Origin: Mobula hypostoma
Lineage: Eukaryota
Direction: 5' to 3'
DNA length: 64,000 nucleotides
Assembly: GCF_963921235.1 (NCBI RefSeq)
Contig: NC_086097.1
Location: 100,690,001-100,754,000, forward strand
The notes under the pieces were generated by a model that made no database searches, had not been told where the DNA came from, and saw only the letters and a program-made list of their open reading frames with translations. Positions within the stretch are counted from its first letter, which is position 1. Each line of letters begins with the position of its first letter. The position numbers and the translations under genes are program-made. Positions 1-12,720 of this stretch are shown here, in pieces.

Positions 1-1519
1 AATAGCAGAAAGGTTTCCTGTCATTGGTGACCTGATCTCAGTGGACAATCTTGGATTATCTCACTTTACTGAGTGACATTTTTCAGAGAAAGATTGCATT
101 TCCACACAAGTTTTCAAAAAGTGTTTGTTCCTGATTTTTCGAACTAGAATGGAACCAGCTGTTTCTCCAACACTGGGAATCGGTTCCCCACAGCATAGCT
201 GAGACAGGAAACGGCAACATTTGATGCTTGGCACTGAATTATTTGCTCTCAGCTGGGGTAGCAATGGCTGAGGGCAAGAGCCAGGAAAATTCAGCAAGGC
301 TTCATGCTCTTGACTTCAATCCATGATCCTGCTCGAAGGGTGGATATGAAGTCTATTGCCTTATTCATTACAGAGAGGTAGTGTTACAAAAAAAAACCTG
401 CAAACCTGCATTTCTAGCACAGGGTGCAGACAACACACAGAACACAGGCTCCCTCGTGCAGAATCAGACAAGGGAAAGCAGCATGAATTAGATCTTCTAA
501 GAGAAACAAAGGGAAAGAAATTTCCTGTGAAGGTAACTTGTAGTGATAATCCCAGTGCAATCAGTTATTTATCTTGTCCGTGATTTCGGTGAGTACAAAT
601 AAGGTGAGTATCTTGCCATTGTGTCAACAAGGTTCCCAAGTGAAATGAGCACATTGTTCACATGTTAGTCATTATTATGGTGCAGCACACTTGAATAAAT
701 AGAGGCATCTATTTCTTGGAGATGTCAGTGAGGCTGTAGTCTTGTGACAGACAGACTGCAGTGGGTGTGGGCTGATTGGATGGCTTGTTGCCTGGGACAC
801 ACTGTGTCACGTGTACTATGTCATTGCTAACTCACCTGGAAGAGAAAATGAACACAACTGGTTAGCACGTCATTCTGCCGACAACATTTCAGGGATACTT
901 TATCAAAATCAGTATCACGGCAAACACTGGAATAATATATCCCCTTTAAGAGACTAATCAAAACCCAGTCACATATCATTATGACTGCACTCGTACACCA
1001 TCGACTGACTGTTTTGAACGATCGGTAAAGAGTGTCATAATTGGGCTTTTGGTGATAAATGCAGATTCAATGGCCCATTGGATTGTTTCTGAGCTAAATT
1101 CTCTATAATTGTATGATTAATTCATCCCAATACTATGTCTGGACACTACATGGATGTCACAATGAAAATACTGTGCAGGGTTAACACAAACTCAATTGTA
1201 AAGTGTGCTTGGAACGTAATGGTGATCATGCTGATTAATCGGCAGATTCTCCCTGTACAGAGCTCCCCTTACACAGAGCTCACCTGGCCAGGGAGCAGCT
1301 GAGACCAGATAAAAGGTGTTGGCAGGACTTGAGGGCTTCTAAAGGTGGGCGGTTTAGGAATGACAGTACAGTATTGGGAGAAGAAGGATGGAGGAGGAGA
1401 GGAGAGGGGATTCTGGCTGCACAGTTCTTCCAGGATGCTCCCCCATAAGAACATAAGAAATAGACCCTCTCTGAGAGGGTCAGCAACTTTAAGACCCTGT
1501 CCTGGACCCAAACACTAGT

Positions 1520-2035
1520 GCAATTATGAAGGAAGCACAGCAACGTCTCTACTTCCTTAGGAGTTTGTGAAGATTTGGCATGTCATCTAAAACTTTGACA
1601 TCTAAAGATTTGGCATGTCATCTAAAAGTGTCTGGTGGAGAGTATATTGACTAGCTGCTGGTATGGAAACACTTGAACAGAAAATCCTATAAAAATAGTG
1701 GATACGATCCAGACCATCATGGGTAAAGCCCTCCCCACAGTTGAGCACATCTACATGGTGTGCTGATGCAGGAAAGCATCATCCATCATCAGGGACACCC
1801 ACCACCCAGGTCATGCTCTCTTCTCACTGCTGCCATCGGGTAGAAAGTACAGGAGCCTCAGGACTCACACCACCAGGTTCAGGAACAGTTATTACGCCTC
1901 AACTATCAGGCTCTTGAAATAGAGGGGATAACTTCACTTGCCCCATCACTGAACTGTTCTCACTTTCAAGGACTCTTCATCTCATGTTCTCAATATTTAT
2001 TGCTTATTTATTATTATTATTAGTATTATTATTTT
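1520..2035 (+). mobile_element. Rex1/Babar-like LINE 3' fragment (decayed)
   Basis: Reads KAQQRLYFLRSL.RFGMSSKTL...VESILT, typical of the Rex1-clade RT C-terminus, and ends in a (TTA)n-rich tail. Boundaries approximate. Confidence 0.6.
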
Positions 2036-2301
2036 TCTCAGCTCAAGCTGGTAAAACCTGAGGTACAGGCGTAGCCAAGCACACTCATTTCTCCAGTGCT
2101 AGTAACTTTTGGACTATTCTGGTGGTGTTTAGTTTTGTGGTTTTCTGGAGATTTACATAAATATTGCTGTGTATGCCTAATTGTTTAATGCTATTGTGTA
2201 GTGACTTTGGGATCAGGACAGCGTCACTCCTATCTCTCCTTGTGAAGCACTCAGACACCATGGACCACAAAGTCCAGGCTGCAACACCCTTCTGTCTCTT
2301 A

Positions 2302-2875
2302 CAGACATCCCACCCTGCAAAAACTCATTTCAGGGAGGTAGCTCCATCAATTTGCAGGAGACTCCCAGAACTTCTGGGAGAGGTGGGATGTCTGCAATAG
2401 AGTAGCTCCTTTGCAGCTGGCCAGCTAGTTTAAATAACGTTAACTATGCTAATGAACGAGTGACACCTGCTAAACTCACCTCAACATGTCTTTCACAGTC
2501 TTAACCCACCATGGGCAGTAGAAAAGTCACTGTTGCAAACAGTGCAGGAAGCAACACTGTCATTATTTTTGACCCCTATTAGGCAGGGGTACACTTTAGT
2601 GTAGTCTGGGGTGACGTATGTTTTATATTTTCTTTTTTTGGAACACTCTGCCATGGCGCGCTCTCGCTCTCTCTCTTGCACTCACTCTCTCGCTCACTCT
2701 CTCGTGGTCGCTCTCTTGCTCTCTCTCACACTCTTTCTCGCACTCTCACACTCTCTTGCTCGCTTACTCTCAAAAAAATTGATTTCAGGGACATTGTATA
2801 TAAATTGCGGGTATCAGGGAGCCACTATTAATATGCGGGAGACTCCCGGAACTTCCGGGAGAGGTGGGATGTCTG
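2302..2875 (-). mobile_element. Non-autonomous hAT-like DNA transposon with 6-bp TSD, carrying transposase exon 1
   Basis: 13-bp TIR CAGACATCCCACC...GGTGGGATGTCTG; CTCTTA on both flanks (2296-2301, 2876-2881); minus-strand peptide KKRKYKT...YPCL...ASCTVCNSDFSTAHGG resembles the N-terminal BED-like zinc finger of hAT transposases. Confidence 0.75.
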
Positions 2876-3029
2876 CTCTTATGTAACTGATACACACTCA
2901 TGTAAAGAAGACACACACACAAAATGTCGGAGGAACTCAGCAAGTCAGGCAGCATCTATGGAGGAGAATCAACGGTGGATGTATCGGTCCGAGACCCTTC
3001 ACCAGAACATCAGAATTTCCAGCATCTGC

Positions 3030-3167
3030 AAAATCTTGTGTTTAGAGAGGAGAAAATCTTGTGTCTGGAGAGGACAAAATCTTGTGTTTAGAGAGAAGAA
3101 AATCTTGTGTCTGGAGAGGACAAAATCTTGTGTCTGGAGAGGACAAAATCTTGTGCTTGGAGAGGAC
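3030..3167 (+). repeat. Minisatellite, 6 x 23 bp (AAAATCTTGTGTCTGGAGAGGAC)
   Basis: Six contiguous 23-bp units counted directly; no spacers. Confidence 0.95.
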
Positions 3168-3404
3168 ACATGGGCAGGTTGGTTCCCGCAGATGTTAAAC
3201 ATCGAGCAGTACCGCACAAGGAGGCTCTTCAGCCCATGATGATGGGCCAAACTATTCAACTAGTGATACCTAATCCCTCTGCCTACACAATGTCAATATC
3301 CTTCCATTCTCTGAATATTCATGAGCCTACTTAAGAGCATCAAATGCCTGAATTTCTCTGGTTGTTCTGCTCCATGGCTTGTGGAGCAACTTTCTCTGTT
3401 TCCT

Positions 3405-3553
3405 TACCATTTTGTCTGTGTTTTATGAGGCTGAGTTGCTAACTCGATGCTCAATCCAGCATGGATGGAAAGCATGCAAGAACCTGACTGGATTCGAACC
3501 CGGGACCACTTGCCTTGAAGTCCGATGTGAATGCCACTACACCACTGGCCGGC
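3405..3553 (-). mobile_element. tRNA-derived SINE
   Basis: Minus strand has box A TGGTGTAGTGG and box B GGTTCGAATCC followed by a non-tRNA body. Confidence 0.7.
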
Positions 3554-4239
3554 CTTGATTTCTCTAACTCCTGGTGATTTCTGCTCCCTTCGCCTTCTCT
3601 CTTTTCCCATTCCCCATTCTGGTTCCTCTTTTAGCCTTTCTGTTCTCCATTCCCGACCATCACCTCCCTCAGATGCCCCTCCTCCTTCCCTTTCTCTCAT
3701 GGTTCACTCTCCTCTCCTATTAGTTTCCTTCTTCTTCAGTTCTTTACCGGACTCAAGTCACTTCTCAGGCAGGAGTTGGTAAGTTTCGTCATCACTGTGG
3801 ATGTTAGTGCTACTGGATAATAGTCATTGAAACAAGTTACCTCGGTTCCCTACACCCGCTCCCACAACCGGAGGACTCTCCAACTCATGTTCTAGATATT
3901 CATTGCTTATTTATTTACTATTAATATTCCTTTTTTTCTTTTATATTTGTACAGTTTGCTGTTCTTTGCATATTGGCTGTTTGCCTGCCCTGTTGGTATG
4001 GTCTTTCATTGATTCTATCATGTTTCTTGTTTTAGTAATCAGCAACAATGAATATATAATTGACCTCACACTGGCGGGAAAATTACATCATGTGACCTCC
4101 ACAAGACCATTACATCATGCTCATAAGACAGTCACAAGATACCCACGAGGTATGTAACACCTGGAATTACCTAGTATGCCCGCAAGAAAACAAATCTCAG
4201 GGTTGTATATGATGACATACATGTACTATGTTTTGAACA

Positions 4240-4495
4240 TTTCCACTGATCACTTCCCAGCTTCTCACTTCACTTCCCCTCTCCCACCACCTATCTTCCC
4301 CCTCACCTGACTTCACATAGCACCTGCCAGCTTGTACTCCTTCCCCACCCCTCCCCATCCCCCACCAACCTTCTTATTCTAGCTTCTTCCCCTTTCTTTC
4401 CCGTCCTGATGAAAGGTCTCAGCCTGAAACATGACTCTTTCTTCCTTAGTTGCTGCCTGAGCTGCTGATTTCCTCCAGCATTTTGTATGTGTGCT
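4240..4495 (+). mobile_element. Penelope-like terminal repeat fragment with degenerate hammerhead (4403-4435)
   Basis: GTC-CTGATGA-A-AGGTCTCAGCCT-GAAA-CATGAC followed by the family end motif CTGCTGA..TCCTCCAGCATTTTGT. Confidence 0.7.
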
Positions 4496-4519
4496 TTTAA
4501 ATGCCTCTATTATATCTGC

Positions 4520-5280
4520 CTCCGTCAATATCGCTGGGAGCACATTCCAGGTGCCATCACTCTCTGTTTAAAACAACTTGCCTGGCACATCTTGTCGGAA
4601 CTTACTCTCCACACCCCCCATCTTAAATGCATGCCCTCTGGTATTAGACAACTCAATACTGAGGACAACATCCTGGCTGTCTATATCTGCCTCTTATAAT
4701 CTTATTAACTTCTATTAGGTCTTCTCTCAGCCTCCACCACTTTAGAGAAATAACCCAAAAGTTTGTCCAAACCTCTTCCCCATAGCACCTGCCCTCAAAT
4801 CCAGATAGTATACTAGTAAACCTCTTCTGCACCCTTGCCAAATTTTCCACATTATAATGGATCGACTAGAATTGAAGGCAATAGACCAGATGTGATCTAA
4901 CCAGAGCTGTATAAATCTACACTGATTTGTGAGCTGAGTGATAGAGACAAGAGTGACATATGCTTCCGTTACCACCCCATCGCCTTGTCCAGCCACTTTC
5001 AGCAAACTATGGACAAGATCCTTCTGTATATCAATGTTGTTAACAGTCCAAGCATTAACTATGTACCTCTCCATTACATTTGGTCTCCTAAAGTGCAACA
5101 CCTCACACTTGTCCGAATTACACTCTATCTGCCAGTTCTCTACCCATTTCTACAACTGATCTATTTCCCACTGTATCCTTTGACAATCTTCTATGCTATC
5201 CTTGTATTGTCTGTGGACTTACTAACCGGCCCGTGCATGTTTTCACCCGTCACTTATGTGTACACAAACAGCAGAATTTG
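4520..5280 (-). mobile_element. CR1 LINE 3' fragment (decayed)
   Basis: Minus ORFs contain LARVQKRFTSIL and RLREDLIEVNKIIRG, matching the CR1 ORF2 C-terminus. Confidence 0.8.
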
Positions 5281-8200
5281 CTGTAGATGGTCAATGCAGG
5301 CTTGCTCCTCAGACCACCCTGAACCACACTCTTACGCAACTCGGACCAAACCCCACTTTTGCTCCTCAATCCCAATTGCCTCCAGTCACATTGGAGACTA
5401 TAGCAGTGACCGTGAGACCACCAGAGGCCAGTGATTTGCCGTCAACCTCAATGGGATGAAAGCCACCCTGTAGCTGGGATCTGTCTGTAGTCCTCTCCAC
5501 AGATGGCTTTGTGCTTATGCTGTCTGATGTGAGATCTGGTGGTCATGGGGGAGGAAGGTGGCAAAGGCAGCTTCCTGTACCCCTGCACCCTGGGGCAAGT
5601 GTCATCATGAGCATTACACCCCTCTGTGCTTGGCATCTTTATGATGGAGCACCACACCAGAGCAATCGGTCACCTCCACCAGGTACAAGGCTCACCACAT
5701 CTCTGTTGGTATTTAATTGCCGTCCCATTGCTCTCTGCTCAAGCAACAGGCAGAGCTGAGCTGCCTTAACACAAGTACTGCAGCTGGTCTGAAAGGCAAG
5801 GTATCACCACCCAATTGACAACAGAATCCCACTCCCAGTGAGTCAGTGATTCCAATGGCCCTGGTTTCTGCATTCCTCAGTCCCTCCTTCTGCACCAAAA
5901 CACAGAAGCCAGGACTGAGGATGCATCGAGTCTACCCCCAGACCACTGGGTTACTGCCGTGCCTGCTGCCTTTGTGCTCGCCCACAGCTGCTTCTACAGA
6001 TCCTTCTCTGCTCTGCACCGGGTGCTCTGGCTTCTCTCTGCCCTGGTGTGACATAGCCTGAATCAGCCTAGCTGACAGACAACTGGGAGAGCTAAGTGAT
6101 GTGAGTGTGAACTGTGTCATGCCGAGAGAGGGGCAGCCAGTGATGTACAGTGGTTGGGTTACAAAGTTTCAGATGATACACTGTAGTGCAGTCTATAGGG
6201 TATCTGGCCCTAGTTTACAACAGGAACCCCAACCAGCCAGGACATGCTCTCTTTTCAATACCGCCATTGGGCAGGAGATCCAGAGGCCTGAAGACCTACA
6301 CCTCAAGGTTCAACCACAGCTTCTTCTCCACTGCCATCAGGTTCTCGAACTGACCCGAGAAACCCTGACACTTCCTGGGATTATATTTTGATTCCTCCTC
6401 TCTTCCTCTTGCACCACAGTCATTCCATTTTGTTTCGCTTGCGTATGTGTAAATTATGTTGAAGTTTGTGTTAACGTCTGCTTGCCCTTGTCCTGTAATG
6501 CTCCTCTTCATGGCCTTTGCAACCTGGGTATGGATACCTATGGTAACGACAAACATGAACTTGAATTTCCTATGGTACACCAGGTATGTTCCAGAGAGTT
6601 TGTAGTGTTTTCCACATCTATTTACACCGCAGCCTTAACCACTTGCCGACATTCCACAACCATAGTGGCTGTGGTGTGCTGTAGTCAACAGCAGTTATAT
6701 TCCCTCTGCAGGCCGGATGTTGGGAGGCATCTGTCTCTGTGCTGTAGATGTGATCTCTGGACTGTGGCCAGGTTCTCAAACACCAACAGGTTGCAGGTCC
6801 CCACCTCCACGTTAGAAAGGACAGAACTGGCTTCTACACATCCCGGCTGAGAAGTAGACTCTCCCTGGGGACCAGACATTGGGCAGGCACCTCAATTTGC
6901 AAACTTGTCAGCCTTCCCATACAGGCTGCCCTATCACAGCACTCAGCGGAGTGTCCTGGGATGTCCTGATCTGGGGAGATTGAGAAAGGAGACTCTTTGC
7001 TTGCCTCTCTGTGCACTGTGGGTGGGGTAATGGTGAGAGACCTGTGCTATGGAAGGAGACTAAGCAAGCAAATGCACTCACCAAGTCCTGATCAACACCT
7101 TGTTAAAAATAAGAAATGAAATAGGAAGAGAAACTACTGATACTGAACAGGGCAAAAGAGACAGGTGAGGGTCAAAGGGGAACTCCAGGCATTCCTGGTA
7201 TTGGTAATTGTTCTGAGAATCAGTGAAAAGCTTTTGTGTGCATGCCATTGCCATCCGGACAGATCATTCCAGAGATCAGCACATTGGATTATTACAAAGT
7301 AAAACAATGCAGAATATTGTGTTTCAGTTACAGGGAAAGCGCAGAGCAGACAGACAATAAAGTGCAAGGCTTTAATGAGGTAGACTGTGATTTCAAGAGT
7401 CCGTGTTACTTGTATACGAGATCTTTTCAGGTGTCTTGTAACAGAACAGAGGGATGAAAGCTGTCCTTGAACTTGATAGTGTGTGTTCTTAAGCTTTTGT
7501 ATCTTCTTGACAGGAGGGGAAAGAAGAGAGAGTGATTAGTATGGATGGAGTCACTGATTATTGGCTGCTTTTCTGGGGCAGCAGGTAGTGCAGCTTGCAA
7601 GTGATTTTAAAAAATACTGCAGATGCCAAAAGCTGAAATAAAAACAAGAAATGCCGTAAATCATAAACACAAGAAAGTCTGCAGATGCTGGAAATCCAAA
7701 GTAACACACAAAAAATACTCTCTAAATACATGCTCTCCAGCCCTTTAACTTTCCACCCACCTGGCTTCATCTATCACCTTCCAGCTAGTCTCCTTCTCCC
7801 CCACCTCACCTTTTTATTCTGGTGTCTTCCCCTTCCTTTCCTGTCTTGTAGGGTCTTGGCTCAAAACATTGATTGTTTATTCATTTCCAGGGATGCTGCC
7901 TGACTTGCTGAGTTCCTTCAGCATTTTGTGTGTGTTCCTTAAGAAATGCTGGAATCACTCAGCAGGTCAGGCAACATCTGAGGAGAGACATGTGGATTAA
8001 TATATCAGGTTGAAAATTTTCAATCAGAACTGGAAAAGCGAGGAAGCATGACACCCTCGATAATTTCAACATCTTCCTCATACCCTGCTTCGTAAGGCTA
8101 TGTATGCAGATGATAATTGACGATTGAATAATTCGTAGACCAATGAGTTCAAAGCTTGACCTTAGTCTCTAGAAATGAGTTTTTCAATTTACGCCTCTGT

Positions 8201-8479
8201 TCTTGTATAAATACTTGACTGCTGTGGTTACATTCACTGAATTCCATATCTGGTGTTTGTAGATGAGCCAGCCAGAGAAACGTGCTTTTCCTGGAAGTTT
8301 CGAATAAAGTTTGCATTCAGTGTTCTGAAGGATTTGATTGAACCTATTTTGTGAGATCTGTAATAGCAGAATTTCAAAGGGAACTAAATCAAATATACAA
8401 AATCCTTCAGCACGGTGTTATGGATAACATTGTTAGCTGTGCACATCGATTGTTCAGAGGCACAAAATTATTCGCCACT

Positions 8480-8700
8480 CTCAGTCTGCCTGTATGCAGT
8501 TTGTATGTTCGCCCTGTGACTGTGTGGGTTTCGTCTGGGTGCTCCTGTTTCCTCTGATGGTCCAAAGACGTACCTTTGGTTGGTAGATTAATTAGTCATT
8601 GTAAATTGTCCTGTGATTAGGCTAGGGTTAAATCAGAGGTTTCTGAGCAGTGCAGCTCGAATGGCCAGAAGGGTTTTATTCCATGCTGTATCTCAATAAG
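8480..8700 (+). mobile_element. V-SINE (HE1-like) fragment
   Basis: V-domain-like GTTTGTATGTTC.CCCTGTGACTGTGTGGGTTTC.TCTGGGTGCTCC.GTTTCCTC...TCCAAAGACGT. Confidence 0.65.
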
Positions 8701-9398
8701 TATATAATATGTTTTCACTGTGTCCGGGAAATGGTTTAAGCTGGGTTGGAGACAGGAAAGTTGTTGTTAGTGGAAGGCAATTATCCGAGGATGCAGAGAT
8801 CTGCTCTCTGGAGTTGGGCCAGGAGATCAGGTGATATCAGCTCTTCCCCTGGGCCAAGACAGTCCACAAATATATGCCATCACCATGGGATAATACCCAA
8901 CAAATAACATTCACTCCCCTACTCAGAATTCATACTGAGGAATTGTTTATAATGTACTAATGTTGGTCAGTCAGTGACCTACACAAGTAGATCAGGTGTT
9001 TTGTAAAGTACCCGTATCTCTGGAGAGAGAAACAGAGGTAATGTTTCAAATTAAAGATTCTGTGTCAGAACTGGGAAAGAGAAAAAAGTTGCAAGTTTCA
9101 TATTGCAGAGGAAGTGTTGGGGGGAGGGGTGAGGGGTGGAATGGATAGGGAGAGGACAGGTGTCTAGGTTTATCATAGGGATAAGATGGTGATAAAATCA
9201 TTTTTTTTCTCTCTTTTTGCACTAATTCTTTAATTTAACTTTTTAATAATATAATGTACTGTAATTTTAAACATAATGTAGTGTAATTCAGTTTTTATTA
9301 TGTATTGTATTGTACTGCTGTTGCAAAGCCAATAGATCTCATGATTCTGAATTATTGAGTGAAGTTAAAGAGACATCGTCTAAAAGAAGGAACTTCTA

Positions 9399-9966
9399 CA
9401 CAGTGGCCACTTTAGTCGGTACCTCCTGTACTTCCTGGACCTAATAAAGTGGTCACTAAGTGAATGATTATGGTCAACTGCTGTGTCAGCCCATCCACTT
9501 CAAGGTTTGACGTGCTGTGCGTTCAGAGATGCTCTTCTGTAGCTCGCCGTTGTAACGTGTGGTTATTTGAGTTACTGTCACCTTCCTGTCAGTTTGAACC
9601 AGTTTGGCCATTCTCCCCTGACCTCTCTCACGTTTAAGGCGTATTTACCCACAGAACTGCTGCTCACTGGATTTATTTTTTTGTTTGCTTTTCGCACCAT
9701 TCTCTGTAAACTCTGGAGACTACTGTGTGTGAAAATCAGCAGTTTCTAAGGTACTCAAACCACCCTGTCTGGTACCAACAATCATTCCACAGTCAGTGTC
9801 ACTTAGATCACAATTCTTCTCCATTCTGATCTTTAGCCTGAGCAACAAGCTCTTGATCATGTCTTCATGTTTTAATGCACAGAGTTGCTGACACATGATT
9901 GGCTGATTAGTTATTTGCATTATTGAGTAGGTGTACAAGTGTACCTAATAAAGTGGGCACTGCGTG
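9399..9966 (-). mobile_element. Non-autonomous Tc1/mariner element
   Basis: TIRs CAGTGGCCACTTTA.T.GGTAC / GTACCTAATAAAGTGG.CACTG with TA on the left flank; internal minus-strand MEKNCDLSDTDCGMIVGTRQGGLSTLETAD resembles a Tc1 transposase N-terminal HTH. Confidence 0.8.
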
Positions 9967-10339
9967 CAGAGGCCAAGCGATGGAGGGGATGGAGATGGGG
10001 ATAGGACAAATGATGCAGAATGCTGAGCTGAAGTGTCAAGCCAATCAGACTAAACTGTGGAAAGAGAAAAGTGTGAGCCAATATAACAGGTGGGTGACCT
10101 ACAGCAGGACTGGACAGTTGTGATAGAGTGGATCAAGCTCTCGAAGTTGTAGAGTTCATTACTGAGTCCAGAAAACTGCTGTGTGCACAGATGGAAGAGG
10201 AAGTGTTGTTCCACAAACTCACGCTGGACCTCACTGTGACGGTGCAGGATGGATCAGAGTGGGACGTAGAATTAAAGTGGCAAATAACAAGGAGCTCAGG
10301 GTCACGTCCTGTGGATAGAAGACAGGCACTCTTCAACAT

Positions 10340-12230
10340 GAACACAATGCTGGAAACCCAGTACGTCAACAGCAGCGATGGAGAGGAACAAACAGTCAAC
10401 GTTTTGGGCTGAGACCCTTCATCAGGACTGGAAAGGAAGGGGGAAGAAACCAGAGTAAGAAGATGGTGGAGAGGAAGGCACTCTACACAACAATCAGCCA
10501 GAATGTGTTCTGTTTCCCCAGGGTAGAGGAGACCACATTGTGAACTGAACGCAGAATACTAGACTGGAAAGTGTCAGTGAATCACTGCTCCTTCTGGAGA
10601 GACATTTTGTGTCCCCGGACAGTGGTGAAAGGGTGGGAGGTCAAGCACTGTGTTGCCTCTGTTTAAAGGGGAAATGTTGTAAGATGTGGGGTGTTTGGTG
10701 GGAACAGAAGAGTGGGCCAGGGAGTCACGGAGGATCTGGTATCTGAAAAGCTGAAGAGAGGGGAGGACGTGTCTGTACTGGAATCTTGTTGGAATTCATT
10801 GAATTGCAAAGGATGATGCAAAGGAAAGTGGAGACTGTTGGGCTGGAAGATTGGGAACTGGGGATCTCTATACTTGTTCACCCAGTGAGACAAGTGATGT
10901 GAGAAATGGATGAGATGTGGCCAAAGGCAGAGGGCAAGGCATAGTTCAGGAACAAAAGACATTTCAGAAGAAGCTATACAGAGAGTCTCAACATTGGAGT
11001 AGAACTGATAGATGGAGGAATTGGGAGTATGGAATAGAAGCAGGGAGGCAGGATGGGAGGAAGAGCACAGTGATCCACTGATGTTTGTCATAAATCTATC
11101 CTCTGAGATGGAGAGAGAGGGAATGTCTGTGGTAGGGAAGAATGTCACGTACCCCATGACAGGTTAAAGAACCAGCACAAATGGAAAATACTTTGGAGTC
11201 CAGTGTTGCTATTAACTAATGGTATTTATTAGTAACTATGCAATACAGTAAAATAAATGCAGAATAAATCAAACAGGTTAGCAATGACTATATATAAGTA
11301 AGTGTGGAATATATATGAAAACCAAGCTTCTTCAAGTCTCAGGGTAAATAGGTACAGTCTTACGATGATGAGTGCAGTCCAGTTCGTGGTATTGAGTTGA
11401 GTAGTGATGGGGAGACAGAGAGAGAGAGAGAGAGGGAGAGATTTGAGTCTTCAGGTGAGCTGACGATGTTGATCTTCCTGTTGTCCTCCGAAATCCTTTA
11501 AAAGTCACCGACTGTGACCAAACAAAAAGGGACCGTTCTTCTGTGGTGGAGCTATCAACCCAGGCGAGGGCTGGAAACACAAATAACTCCTCACCAGTCA
11601 CACCTTGTTCACACTGCGAGAGCCACTGATCGATCCGCCTGATCAATCCTCCAAAAATCCACTTTTTCTGTGGGCACAACAAAGCTCATTCAGTGTCCAA
11701 AATCATGTGTCTCAGGTCTATCATCTGACCTCCTATTTATCTCACCGTACTGAGTACCAACTGTCATTCAAATAACTCCTCCCTTCTCTGTCTGTGTAAG
11801 GATGCACTAGCAGGCCATGTCCTTGGGAGGTATAAACACGCACCAGAGAAACTATAACATTGATTGTCCATCAAATAACACCGCCCTTGGTCACCATAGT
11901 GACTTACGAGCTGCTCGGTGCCCTCTCTCTCCGAACTCAGCAGAAATCCAAAAGTTAGTCTCAGTTCTTCCTCGTGCCTTAAAGTGACAGTCCACAGAAA
12001 ATATGAACCTTAGGGATTCATAACACCATCTCAAAGCAGTCTTCGTCTCTCTCTCTTTCTTTCTCTCCCTCTTAAAAACAAGATGTCGCTGTTAAATAAC
12101 TCTCTCTCTCTCTCTCTTTTCAAAAGCACAGTTCACAGGGGTAATTTAGGACCCCGTCACAAGAGTTAGATAGAAACCAGCAGCAGCAAGGAATGGACTT
12201 TTCTGTTCTGAACAATGCCATTCTCTACCA
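10340..12230 (-). mobile_element. Decayed Penelope-like fragments, interrupted by a solo LTR
   Basis: Terminal motif with CpG-decayed hammerhead at 10393-10430; internal sequence resembles the better-preserved Penelope at 26-27 kb. Boundaries approximate. Confidence 0.55.
11143..12161 (-). mobile_element. Solo LTR, family A copy 1
   Basis: TGT...ACA termini; flanks AGAA/AGAG (4-bp TSD, one mismatch); minus-strand AATAAA at 11225-11230; homologous in inverted orientation to 61962-62909. Confidence 0.8.
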
Positions 12231-12389
12231 TCTGAATGGTCGTCAATATCCAGGCTTCGCAGTCATTTCTCAAGCCGTAGCTGACACACAATGCTGATGG
12301 ACAGACAGAAGGATTTCAGGATTTAGGCCTAGTGGTAACAAGAGATTATATTTTGTACTTTGGAGCAAAGGTGATGACTATCCCTACCC

Positions 12390-12720
12390 TAGGAATATGT
12401 GTGTTCGTCCATCAACGTCGATGTGGACCTCGACACCATTGATGGGGTTGAGACAAGTGCGAGATTTGGATTTAAGTGAGAGAGTTGCGCAGTGTCAGCC
12501 TCACTCTCTCTTCCCAATTCCCATCTGGATCCAGTGGCAAGACAAGAGTCGAGGCGTCTGGAGATGGGACTAGGCGAAGTGGATGATCAGGATGTCTTCT
12601 GTATCTTGTCGTGCTCTACATGTTCCATGACACTTGCAGAGACCGCCGTTGGATTCTTCATTGGTCTCGTCCGCTCAATCCACCAGAGTCTGTCTTCACG
12701 TGCTGGAATAGACAACTCCC
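12390..12720 (-). mobile_element. Probable RTE-clade 5'-region fragment
   Basis: Resemblance by eye to RTE-clade 5' UTR sequence; no coding evidence. Confidence 0.35.

Noticed and set aside
1269..1511. ORF with LKVADPLREG resembling a PLC-beta N-terminus
   Set aside because: Lacks the conserved F.KWD motif and a matching splice donor.
3030..3167. CRISPR-like array
   Set aside because: Contiguous tandem units without unique spacers, no cas genes, vertebrate context. The same applies to 13783-14233.
3480..3553. tRNA gene
   Set aside because: A and B boxes are present, but there is no acceptor stem and it continues into a SINE body.
5290..7050. Unannotated gene in a moderately GC-rich stretch with many short ORFs
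   Set aside because: No coherent splice pattern; part (NLLVF motif, ~6780 minus) looks like a decayed Tx1-type LINE, too weak to call.
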